Source: Macrostomum hystrix
Lineage: Eukaryota > Animalia > Platyhelminthes
DNA: 64,000 nucleotides
Assembly (NCBI GenBank): GCA_950097015.1
Contig: CATNEN010000003.1
Span: forward strand, 5,394,001-5,458,000
Direction of reading: 5' to 3'
Under the pieces are notes generated by a model that ran no database searches, was not told where the DNA came from, and saw nothing but the letters and a program-made list of their open reading frames with translations. A program made the position numbers and the translations under genes. Of the stretch, positions 25,145 to 36,900 are shown piece after piece (position 1 is the first letter of the stretch; the number at the start of each line of letters is the position of its first letter).

Positions 25145-26030
25145 CGACGTTCACCCGATGGACATTTCTTTAATGACTTTCACCCGATGGACATTTCTTC
25201 AGTGACTTTCACCCGATGGAGACATTTCTTTAGTGACTTTCACCCGATGGACATTTCTTTAGTGACTTTCACCCGATGGAGACATTTCTTTAGTGACGTT
25301 CACCCGATGGAGACATTTCTTTAGTGACGTTCACCTGATGGAGACATTTCTTTAGTGACTTTCACCCGATGGACATTTCCTAAAAAACGTTCACCCGATG
25401 GACATTTCTTTAGTGACGTTCACCCGACGGAGACATTTCTTTAGTGACGTTCACCCATTGGAAACATTTCTTTAGTGACGTTCACCCGATGGACATTTCT
25501 TTAGTGACGTTCACCCGATGGACATTTCTTTAGTGACGTTCACCCGATGGACATTTCTTTAGTGACGTTCACCCGATGGAGACATTTCTTTAGTGACGTT
25601 CACCCGATGGAGACATTTCTTTAGTGACGTTCACCTGATGGAGACATTTCTTTAGTGACTTTCACCCGATGGACATTTCCTAAAAAACGTTCACCCGATG
25701 GACATTTCCTAAAAAACGTTCACCCGATGGACATTTCTCTAGTTACGTTCACCCGATGGAGACATTTCTTTAGTGACGTTCACCCGATGGAGACATTTCT
25801 TTAGTGACTTTCACCCGATGGACATTTCCTAAAAAACGTTCACCCGATGGACATTTCTTTAGTGACGTTCACCCATTGGAGACAATTCTTTAGTGACGTT
25901 CACCCCATGGACATTTCTTTAGTGACGTTCACCCGATGGACATTTATTTAGTGACGTTCACCCGATGGACATTTCCTAAAATACGTTCACCCGATGGACA
26001 TTTATTTAGTGACGTTCACCCGATGGAAAT
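25145..26030. repeat. 29-31-bp minisatellite (CGTTCACCCGATGG[AG]ACATTTCTTTAGTGA)n
   Basis: Direct tandem periodicity, about 30 copies. Confidence 0.96.
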
Positions 26031-26979
26031 GTCTTCAGCGAAACCTTTTTTCCTAGCAAATTATTTTTTTAGCAGTTCAATACGTAAGCGAATCTGTGTA
26101 ATAAATATCATGGCATATTTTTCCACAATGGACAAGTATAAGGATCAACTTTAAAACACGTTGCTGCCCTGACACTAATGAGGAAACGTCCATGCTAAAG
26201 TTGTATAGTGTTTTTCTGAAAGTTTTTAGTGAGCCGTCACTTATTGCATTGAATAAATGCCATAGTTACTACTCGCATTAGCCGTATTATTCCTTTTTGC
26301 ATCCAAATAGACACTGCGAGCACTCAATTTAACACCAAGTGGCAGAACGCATGCGCTGCAGTCGCTGCTGCCTCATGTCTGTGGCCAAAAGTGTGGTGAA
26401 GGAGCAGCCAATTTAACACTCGGGGCATGCAAATGATTCAGCTTAGAATCAGAAAGGTGATCAGATTTCTCAAAACCTTACTGCAACCGATATACCTGTG
26501 TTAATATTGCTCTACATTTTACAGCATATCTTAAATGAGGATATCAGTTGACGAAAAATATTTACATATTTCTGTAAAGCCTTAAAAAGATAGCGTTTCC
26601 TGATTGATGCCGAATTATTCTTAGAAAGAAACACATTTTCCTAGGTATCTCTTATTAGTAGATTTGAATATAACAAAATAAACCGTAAAAGGCATTTTTG
26701 TTCAAAATTTTTACACGATCAAAGCCGATGTGGTAAAAATGTAGATTTTTCTATTCGGTTCTTAGAAATTTATGAATTTAATCAATGGCAAGTATAAAAT
26801 CTTTCCCTAAAACATAACGCTAATTATAACGTTACAAAATGTTAATTATAAAATATATAAATAAATAAAAAATAACAAACTGAAAATAACGAAAATGTCT
26901 ACAATAAATAACTTATATTCTTTGATTTCGTTGATTAAAAAAAAGAGACTTGGTTATTTTCGTTGCAACTGTTTCTGTT

Positions 26980-29900
26980 TCACTTTGACTGACTTTGAAG
27001 GGCCAACATGGCGCGTTCCGCCATCTTTAAGTATCTTCTGTCGCTGGATTCCCCTGACAGCAGAAGTGACTCAACATTTCCAGCCAGGCGGACTGCCAAA
27101 TCGGTGATTCGCCCAGACAATGATTCCATCTTGGCGCCGAACGCAGTCAGAAGCTCCGGTGTTGTCGGTCTGATCGCTTCTAGTTCGTCCGGATTTAGAA
27201 AATCTTTCGGGTCAAGTCGTTTAAGTTTGCCGATAGCGGACTCAGCTAATTCAGCTAGGTGGCGGAGTCGCAGAGTTCTCAATTGAAGATCTCGACGTAG
27301 TACTAGCCGAGAGCGAGTCAGGGACAGCAACTGAGTCAGCACCTGTCTGTAGGCAGTCAGTTGGACGTCCAATTCAGCTAGACGCTGCTGACGATGAAGC
27401 CAACTTGACAGTGTCTGGCCGACGCTGGAAGGCTCCACTTCGATTGAAGTTATTGAATCGTCATCGTCTGCATCGCCGATGTCCAGAGGCTGATGACCGC
27501 TGAAGCTGCCATCGTGGTTGAAATTGCAGCACTCGTCGGAGCAACAATCTTTGGCGCTGTTCAGCAGAAACTGAGCGAGCTGTTAATTTGAGTATATGGT
27601 CTTCATGGCTTAGTGGATTATAGAAACACCTCGAAATTTCCATACAGATGACTTTGATACACTATCCACAGGAGTGACTGGATCTCCCGAGGAGTGATTA
27701 GATCTCCCGAGGAGTGACTAGATCTCCCGAGGAGTGACTGGATCTCCCGAGGAGTGACTAGATCTCCCGAGGAGTGACTAGATCTCCCGAGGAGTAACTG
27801 GATCTCCCGAGGAGTGACTAGATCTCCCGAGGAGTGACTGGATCTCCCGAGGAGTGACTAGATCTCCCGAGGAGTGACTGGATCTCCCGAGGAGTGACTG
27901 GATCTCCCGAGGAGTGACTGGATCTCCCGAGGAGTGACTGGATCTCCTGAGGAGTGACTAGATCTCCCGAGGAGTGACTAGATCTCCCGAGGAGTGACTA
28001 GATCTCCCGAGGAGTGACTAGATCTCCCGAGGAGTGACTAGATCTCCCGAGGAGTGACTAGATCTCCCGAGGAGTGACTAGATCTCCCGAGGAGTGACTA
28101 GATATCTATAAGAGTGACGAGATATCCACAGGACTGACAATATATCTAGAGTTGAAAGAAGTATTTCAAAATGATTGACTAGATTTCAAAAAGGATTAAC
28201 ATATTTTCTAACGAAATGACCAGGTTTTTGTAAATAAAAGGCTTGCCGTTGAAAAAAATCTTAGTGTCAAATTACCGAACTAGAAGAATTTTAGTTAGCA
28301 TATATAAAACTAACCTTGGACAAAAACATTTGTAACCAGTATGCAAACGAAAGTCAATTGGAAACGAAATTTGTGTAATAATGAGTTGATTTCCCGTCTC
28401 CAGTCCATGAACAGAACAGCTGTACACAGACTGTGATAGCACGGCCCCAATTAGGTTTAGCTCTATCTACGAGTTGTCATCGAATATAGCGATCGATAAA
28501 AACTTTCAAGAAAATTCTCGAACTCTTATAGTTTGGTAGTTTAGTTTAGGTTTAGTTTGGAACTCTTAAACTATTCAACTGAACTAACTTATTTAAAAGC
28601 ACACTAAAAGATAATTGACATTGCTTTAAATGGACAGAATCGAATTGCAATCTTATAAGACGAACTTTGGACTTTAGCACTGTAATTGGCATGATACTAA
28701 GTTAAACTGTAATTCTTGTCACTATGCCGACTATCGCTCTAAACTTAAAAGAAGAGAAAATGATTGAGAGAGAGGAGAGGGAGAGGGAGAGACGGAGAGG
28801 GTGAGAGGGAGGTGGTGAGAGGGAGAGAGTGAGATGGTGAGAAGAGAAGTGACAGCCAGCTGACGTGCCCGCAGCTGACACAGAGCGGGAGAGGTAGAGG
28901 GTGAGAGGGAGAGGGTGATAGAGAGGGTGAGATTGAGAGGGTGAGATGGAGAGGGTGAGATGGAGAGGTTGAGATGGAGAGGGTGAGAGGGAGAGGGTGA
29001 TAGAGAGGGTGAGATTGAGAGGGTGAGATGGAGAGGGTGAGATGGAGAGGGTGAGAGGGAGAGGGTGATAGAGAGGGTGAGATTGAGGGTGAGATGGAGA
29101 GGGTGATTGAGAGGGTGAGATTGAGAGGGTGAGATGGAGAGGGTGAGATGGAGAGGTTGAGAGGGAGAGGGTGATAAAGAGGGTGAGATTGAGAGGGTGA
29201 GAGGGAGAGGGTGATAGAGAGGGTGAGATTGAGAGGGTGAGAGGGATTCTCTCACCTCCAGTTCATCCAAAGTTCGCCGCAACCACCTAGGCTGCAAGGA
29301 TCGCAAGCCTTCTGACCCGGCTGCCAGAGCCTGCAGTCGCGATTCCACTCTGACCATGAGTTGCTCGTGCTTCGCCTCGTCGTCGTCTACTTGGCCCTCA
29401 ACTGTCAGTTCAATGTCAACATTGTCGACGTCGTCTCGGGCCTGTCTTTCGAGTCGATCCGCTCGACATCGGAGACAGTCGGTGCATTCAACTAGTAGGC
29501 GTCGGCCTCGACGTCCGAGCGTCGCCTTAACCGCAGCCGTTGACGCCTCGGCAGCTAATTCGTCGATATTTCGCCTCGCCCTGGCTGCCGAGTCGCGCAC
29601 CAGTCGACGATCGCGATCAATCGCCAAATCGCCTTCACCGTCGACCTCGTCGTCGATCGGTTGTCGACGTCGACTCGACTGTCGCCTGGCCGACTGACGG
29701 CGTCGATTTCGACCGAGCCTCGCGGCGCATTTGGCCACCAATTCGAGCCGCTCCCGGCATCCGCGGAGGCGTTCCAGAATGGCGGCTCGCTCAGCAGACA
29801 CTCGGGCTTGACCTTGACGATGCAGGCGATTCGCTTCGGCCAGGCAGTGGCAGACAGCCAGCTGACGTGCCCGCAGCTGACGCAAACCTCTGGGCTGCAG

Positions 29901-30314
29901 ACAGCGCGGCGTCTTTGATTGGCAGCCGACAGACAGGCTGTCAAATTGGTCGAACAGCAGCTGCAGCTGTGCTTGTGACTCCGCCTCTTCCATGCCGTCT
30001 TCATCAGCGCCAGTTTCGCCGTCCTCCTCGTTAGCGTCATTGGCAAACGTTGCTAGGCAGAGCATCTGTCGCAGCCAGCAACTGGCCTGAATAGCGGCTA
30101 ACTCGTATTCAGCAAAGCCATCGTCTATGGCCTCACTGTCAGCTGTTGTTGGCTGCACTTCAGAGAGCTCTAGTTCAGCATCCGGTCTCGCAGTTGCCAA
30201 GCAGTTGTTATCGTAAGCGAAGCGACAATCGCACGAAGATCTTCTGCGATGCAATCGTTCGCAGCTGTCGCCGGTTGATTCGCGGTCTGTGGCCGATTTA
30301 GTTCGACGAGACAT
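26980..30314 (-). CDS. Uncharacterised helical/coiled-coil-like protein, two exons, about 552 aa
   Basis: Exon 30314-29256 (353 codons, donor GAG|GTGAGA) joins in phase 0 to exon 27579-26980 (acceptor TTAACAG|CTC). Both exons are GC-rich, L/R/A/E-rich and open. No recognised domain; upstream exons possible. Confidence 0.7.
27670..28105. repeat. 20-bp intronic minisatellite (GGAGTGACTAGATCTCCCGA)n
   Basis: About 21 near-identical copies. Confidence 0.97.
28765..29246. repeat. GA-rich intronic repeat (GAGAGGGTGAGAT-like)
   Basis: Low-complexity tandem units directly after the donor of the orphan gene. Confidence 0.92.
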
Positions 30315-30899
30315 CGCGATAAGCGCCGCCTAGTTTCAGATTGAGAACATTTCACACGCTCAATTTCGGCTTACTTAAATGAGAAAATAGTCCGACTGGG
30401 TCGGAGCAGTTTGGCGCAAAGTGCTAACGAGTGTAGTCCGTCTACAAGGCTAAATTTGGATCGTCTCTTTAGCTAAATACGATAGTTAAACGCTGTCTCA
30501 CCCGATACAAACTGCTTTTTTGTGCATCGACACAAACACAAACACCTAACCCGCGCGCGTGTGTTTTTTGGACCTGGCCAAAGCTATTGAAGTAAAAATA
30601 TTCTTTTGTAGAGAGAGAAGAGTCAGACAGTGAGTGCGTGAGACTTTTATTGCACGGAGACCAGAGCTGACGGGACAGACAGTCGGGGAGGCAGAGAGAG
30701 AGAGAAGAACGTATCTTGAAAGTCTGAATGTACAGTCTAGCCCTAGAGTGTACATTGAAGCCAAAGCAATTATGAGAAAATCTTTGAATAAAAATGACTT
30801 GGCGATCTAATGGAGGACACTGAAAAACAATTTAATACAATAAATTGTCCGTGCATTGTAATACATAAGTGTGAGAGCCAAAGAGAGTCCATTGAATGA

Positions 30900-33126
30900 G
30901 AGAGAGAGGTGACGAGAAAGAGTGACAAGAGTGTGAGATTGAGAGAGTGACAGGAGTGTGAGACTGAAAGAGTGACAAGAGTGTGAGATTGAAAGAGTGA
31001 CAGGAGTGTGAGACTGAAAGAGTGACAAGAGTGTGAGACTGAAAGAGTGACAAGAGTGTGAGACTGAAAGAGTGACAAGAGTGTGAGACTGAAAGAGTGA
31101 CAAGAGTGTGAGATTGAAAGAGTGACAAGAGTGTGAGACTGAAAGAGTGACAAGAGTGTGAGATTGAAAGAGTGACAAGAGTGTGAGATTGAGAGAGTGA
31201 CAAGAGTGTGAGATTGAAAGAGTGACAAGAGTGTGAGATTGAAAGAGTGACAAGAGTGTGAAAGCAAGAGAGTGACAAGAGTGTGAAATTGAAAGAGTGA
31301 CAAGAGTGTGAGATTGAAGAGAGTGACAAGAGTGTGAAATTGAAAGAGTGACAAGAGTGTGAGATTGAAAGAGTGACAAGAGTGTGAGATTGAAAGAGTG
31401 ACAAGAGTGTGAGATTGAAAGAGTGACAAGAGTGTGAGATTGAAAGAGTGACAAGAGTGTGAAAGCAAGAGAGTGACAAGAGTGTGAAATTGAAAGAGTG
31501 ACAAGAGTGTGAGATTGACGAGAGTGACAAGAGTGTGAAATTGAAAGAGTGACAAGAGTGTGAGATTGAAAGAGTGACAAGAGTGTGAGATTGAAAGAGT
31601 GACAAGAGTGTGAGATTGAAAGAGTGACAAGAGTGTGAGATTGAAAGAGTGACAAGAGTGTGAGATTGAAAGAGTGACAAGAGTGTGAGATTGAAAGAGT
31701 GACAGGAGTGTGAGATTGAAAGAGTGACAAGAGTGTGAGATTGAAAGAGTGACAAGAGTGTGAGATTGAAAGAGTGACAAGAGTGTGAGATTGAAAGAGT
31801 GACAAGAGTGTGAGATTGAAAGAGTGACAAGAGTGTGAAATTGAAAGAGTGACAAGAGTGTGAAATTGAAAGAGTGACAAGAGTGTGAGATTGAAAGAGT
31901 GACAAGAGTGTGAGATTGAAGAGAGTGACAAGAGTGTGAGATTGAAAGAGTGACAAGAGTGTGAGATTGAAAGAGTGACAAGAGTGTGAGATTGAAAGAG
32001 TGACAAGAGTGTGAGATTGAAGAGAGTGACAAGAGTGTGAAATTGAAAGAGTGACAAGAGTGTGAAATTCAAAGAGTGACAGGAGTGTGAAATTGAAAGA
32101 GTGACAGGAGTGTGAGATTGAAAGAGTGACAAGAGTGTGAGATTGAAAGAGTGACATGAGTGTGTGAGAGCGAGAGTGACAATAGTGTGTGAGAGCGAGA
32201 GTGACAAGAGTGTGTGAGAGCGAGAGAGTGACATGAGTGTGTGAGAGCGAGAGAGTGACATGAGTGTGTGAGAGCGAGAGAGTGACATGAGTGTGTGAGA
32301 GCGAGAGAGTGACATGAGTGTGTGAGAGCGAGAGAGTCACATGAGTGTGTGAGAGCGAGAGTGACAAGAGTGTGTGAGAGCGAGAGTGACAAGAGTGTGT
32401 GAGAGCGAGAGAGTGACATGAGTGTGTGAGAGCGAGAGAGTGACATGAGTGTGTGAGAGCGAGAGTGACAAGAGTGTGTGAGAGCGAGAGAGTGACATGA
32501 GTGTGTGAGAGCGAGAGAGTGTCATGAGTGTGTGAGAGCGAGAGAGTGACAATAGTGTGTGAGAGCGAGAGAGTGACATGAGTGTGTGAGAGCGAGAGAG
32601 TGACATGAGTGTGTGAGAGCGAGAGAGTGACATGAGTGTGTGAGAGCGAGAGAGTGACAAGAGTGTGTGAGAGCGAGAGAGTGACAAGAGTGTGTGAGAG
32701 CGAGAGAGTGACATGAGTGTGTGAGAGCGAGAGAGTGACATGAGTGTGTGAGAGCGAGAGTGACAAGAGTGTGTGAGAGCGAGAGAGTGACATGAGTGTG
32801 TGAGAGCGAGAGTGACAAGAGTGTGTGAGAGCGAGAGTGACATGAGTGTGTGAGAGCGAGAGAGTGACATGAGTGTGTGAGAGCGAGAGTGACAATAGTG
32901 TGTGAGAGCGAGAGTGACAAGAGTGTGTGAGAGCGAGAGTGACAAGAGTGTGTGAGAGCGAGAGTGACAAGAGTGTGTGAGAGCGAGAGAGTGACATGAG
33001 TGTGTGAGAGCGAGAGTGACAATAGTGTGTGAGAGCGAGAGTGACAATAGTGTGTGAGAGCGAGAGTGACAATAGTGTGTGAGAGCGAGAGAGTGACATG
33101 AGTGTGTGAGAGCGAGAGAGTGACAA
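30900..33126. repeat. Two-domain satellite: 25-bp (GAGTGACAAGAGTGTGAGATTGAAA)n then 25/27-bp (GAGTGACAWGAGTGTGTGAGAGCGA[GA])n
   Basis: Direct periodicity with a unit switch near 32155; ORFs in all three minus frames are artefacts. Confidence 0.97.
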
Positions 33127-33909
33127 GGTGAGACTGACGGGAGCGATAAAAAGTTGAGAGTTAATATTTCCGATGAATTTAGAGATGCAGAAGCAATAAC
33201 AAACTCGAATTTATAAACTTGAATAAAAAAGACATTTATTTTGTAAGGCTACCTAAGCATTAAAATCTATATTTTTTTCGAAACGTTTAAGTCGATTACT
33301 AGTATATTATATCTTAGTAAGTGTATTTTTCAGTTACTAAGCAGTTTTTAGTAAGAGCCAGAAAGCGATCATTTGTCATTCTAAATCTGTTTATCAGTTT
33401 AAACAAAACATATTTCGAAAAGAAAAGTCAGATGTTAAACTGAAGCGAAAAATGTATAGATTATCAAAAATTAAAACAAAGAGAATAACGACAAACTGCC
33501 GATTGTCGTTTGTCAGATATTTTTGTTTTAATGAATCGTACATTGTAGATGAAATTTTACTTCTAAAAATGAAAAAAAAACTAAATTTACTAAACAAAGA
33601 CTGAACTAAAATAACTATTGGAAGTATTAAAGTAGAAAATGAAGTTAAACAAAACAATTGTCACTACACTTATTACTCTAAAAAACAAAACTTTTAATTG
33701 ATTATCTCTATACGAGTTTATTCTAGGCATAAACTCTACCACACACCATTTTTTGAAATAAATAAGAAAGCTAGAATTTTCTTGTTCAATTGCTAAACAA
33801 AAATAATAAATGATAAGTTTTTAATATAAAAAAGGAAATAAACAAGTTGTCAATAACATGTCTGCAACAATTGTGTATTTATCGTGTTATAGTTTTTTCG
33901 ATCGATAAT

Positions 33910-36900
33910 TTAACTAGCCGAATAAACAGTTTTCTGGTTGTGCGTGGCTCGTTCCTGAAAAATGATCGAAAAAATAATTTCTATGAAAAATTTTACCTTG
34001 CGTTTAAATAAAATAAGACTACTGAATACTCTACTATAAGTAGGCAGATAAGCGCACCTCGCCCTCCATGTTGAACAGAGAGGTGACAATATTGGCTCCG
34101 ACACCCCAGCTGGGCTCGCCGGCCTCCAAATCTCCGCTGCTGCTGCCCAGTGGCTTCTGGCCTCGGGCCCAAATCTGCGGATTAGTTTCGGGATTAGCAT
34201 TCTCAGCCGGTATCAAGTAATGTCCTTTTTTATCTGACGAAGTATTAGCATAGCAAGATCAATCTGAGGATTATCATCCCAAGATATCAATCAGAGGATT
34301 AGCTTCCTAAGAGATCAATCAGAGGATTGGCATCCCAAGATATCGATTAGAGGATTAGCTTCCTAAGAGATCAATCAGAGGATTGGCATCCCAAGATATC
34401 GATTAGAGGATTAGCTTCCTAAGAGATCAATCAGAGGATTAGCATCCCAAGATATCGATTAGAGGATTAGCGTCCAAAATATAGATTAGAGGATTAGCAT
34501 ACAAAAATATCGATCAGAGGATTAGCATTCAAAATATCGATCAGAGGATTAGCATACGAAATATCGATCAGAGGATTAGCGTCCAAAATAGCGATCAGAG
34601 GATTAGCATTCAAAATATCGATCAGAGGATTAGCATACAAAATATCGATCAGAGGATTAGCGTCCAAAATAGCGATCAGAGGATTAGCATACAAAATATC
34701 GATCAGAGGATTAGCGTCAAAAATATCGATCAGAGGATTAGCGTCCAAAATATCAATCAGAGGATTAGCGTCCAAATATATAGATTAGAGGATTAGCATA
34801 CAAAATATCGATCAGAAGATTAGCGTCCAAAATATCGATCAGAGGATTAGCATACAAAAATATCGATCAGAGGATTAGCATACAAAAATATCGATCAGAG
34901 GATTAGCGTCCAAATATATAGATTAGAGGATTAGCGTCCAAAATATCGATCAGAGGATTAGCATACAAAAATATCGATCAGAGGATTAGCATACAAAAAT
35001 ATCGATCAGAGGATTAGCGTACAAAATATCGATCAGAGGATTAGCATACAAAATATCGATCAGAGGATTAGCATACAAAATATCGATCAGAGGATTAGCA
35101 TACAAAAATATCGATCAGAGGATTAGCATACAAAAATATCGATTAGCGACCAAAATATAGATTAAAGGATTAGTGTCCAAAATATCGATCAGAGGATTAG
35201 CGTCCAAAAATATCGATCAGAGGATTAGCGTCCAAAAATATCGATCAGAGGATTAGCATACAAAAATATCGATCAGAGGATTAGCATACAAAAATATCGA
35301 TCAGAGGATTAGCATCCCAAGATATCAATCAGAGGATTAGCATCCCATGTTATCAAGCACAGGATTAGCACTCGCAGGTAATTTTGAGCAGTCTCACCTT
35401 GATAGCCTTTCTCTGTCCATCATCTAGCACAGTACCCATTGGCACAGTGTACCTCACAGTCTGTCTGTTATTGTCAATATTTCGAGACAATTTCCAGCCG
35501 CTAATATCTTCCTTCTGGAAGTTTAAATTATGTTTTTGGCTTTCATTGTTGCGCTATGAACAAATGAAGAGGCAAAAATTTAGTGACAGGTAATCACCTT
35601 CTTGCCGGTGTTCTCAAGCAGGACAAATTTGCCATCCGGTGAGCATTCCTGAATGCTTACGTTACCCTTGGCGGTGCGCTGGTAAGTGGTCTTCGCCGAC
35701 ATTTCACCCTTGATGAGGTTCACTATAGAAAAAAAATTCATCAATTTGTTAATTTAGAATCAAACTGACCTACTGTAAGTAGAAATATGCGAAAGTGGTC
35801 AATTTAACTTACTCTGAGCCAAAGCTGGAATAAAGAAAATACAAGACGAGTTATTTATTAGTAACTAACAAGGGTAATTTTGAGAAACTAAAGTTTTTCT
35901 TTGCTTACCTGTTGGCGACGGTAGCTGCTGCTGCTCAACAGACACCGAAGTCTTCTCGATAGTTGATGATTTTTGCGTTATTGTCTCCTGACTTCGCTGA
36001 TTGATGCTGAAATGAAGCATGAATTGAGCGGATTTTCTGATTGGTTGCAAGAAGAGCGGCGGGTAGCGTAATGGAATTCCGAGGCGGTTCGTGATTGGTT
36101 GACAGAAATGAGAAAAACATTGTAAAAGTTGTAATTTCTCGCGAAGGATTTGTTGGCGAAAGATTGGGTGGCGGAGGATGGGGTGGCGGAGGATGAAGTG
36201 GCGGAGGATGAGGTGGTGGAGGATGAGATGGCGGAGGATGAGGTGGCGGAGGATGAAGTGGCCGAGGATGAGGTGGGGGAGGATGAGGTGACGGAGGATG
36301 AGGTGGCGGAGGATGAGGTGGCGGAGGATGAGGCGGCGGAGGATGAGGCGGCAGAGGATGAGGCGGCGGAGGATTGGGTGGTGGAGGATGGGGTGGCGGA
36401 GGATGAGGTGGTGGAGGATGAGATGGCGGAGGATGAGGTGGCGGAGGATGAGGTTGCGGAGGATTGGATGGCGGAGGATGGGGTGGCGGAGGATGGGATA
36501 GCAGAGGATTCGAGGGTGGGGTGACTGAAGCCAGGATGGTGGAGGGTCAATGATTGGCCAACTGAATGCCATCTATGTGATGCCGATGGCTAACCGAATT
36601 TCCTCGCCCTCGAGCAGTTTCCTGTAGGCGTGAATTTCCAGCTCCAGGCTGAGCTTGGCGTCCATCAGCACCTGAAGTTCCCGCATGTAGTCCTCCAGAG
36701 CCGCATTGGAGCTGGCCAAATCAGCTCTCAGCTGGCTCTTTGTCATCTCGCATTCGCGTTCAGCCTCCTCCATCTCTCGGCGAAGGTCCTCGAGTTCGCG
36801 TTCCATCTGGGCGTTTCGCGCCTCCAGCTCCGGGATGCGGTTGCGGGCGTCCGTCATCTGGGTCTTGATGCGCTTGTTCTCTTCGCGAAGGTGAGCCAGT

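Noticed and set aside
30770-33126. Long ORFs of 420-764 aa
   Set aside because: Open in all three frames only because the satellite lacks stop codons on that strand.
36150-36572. Acidic AEDEV, Ser-rich or ILRHL repeat proteins
   Set aside because: 15-bp array inside an IF intron; the flanking exons splice in phase without it.
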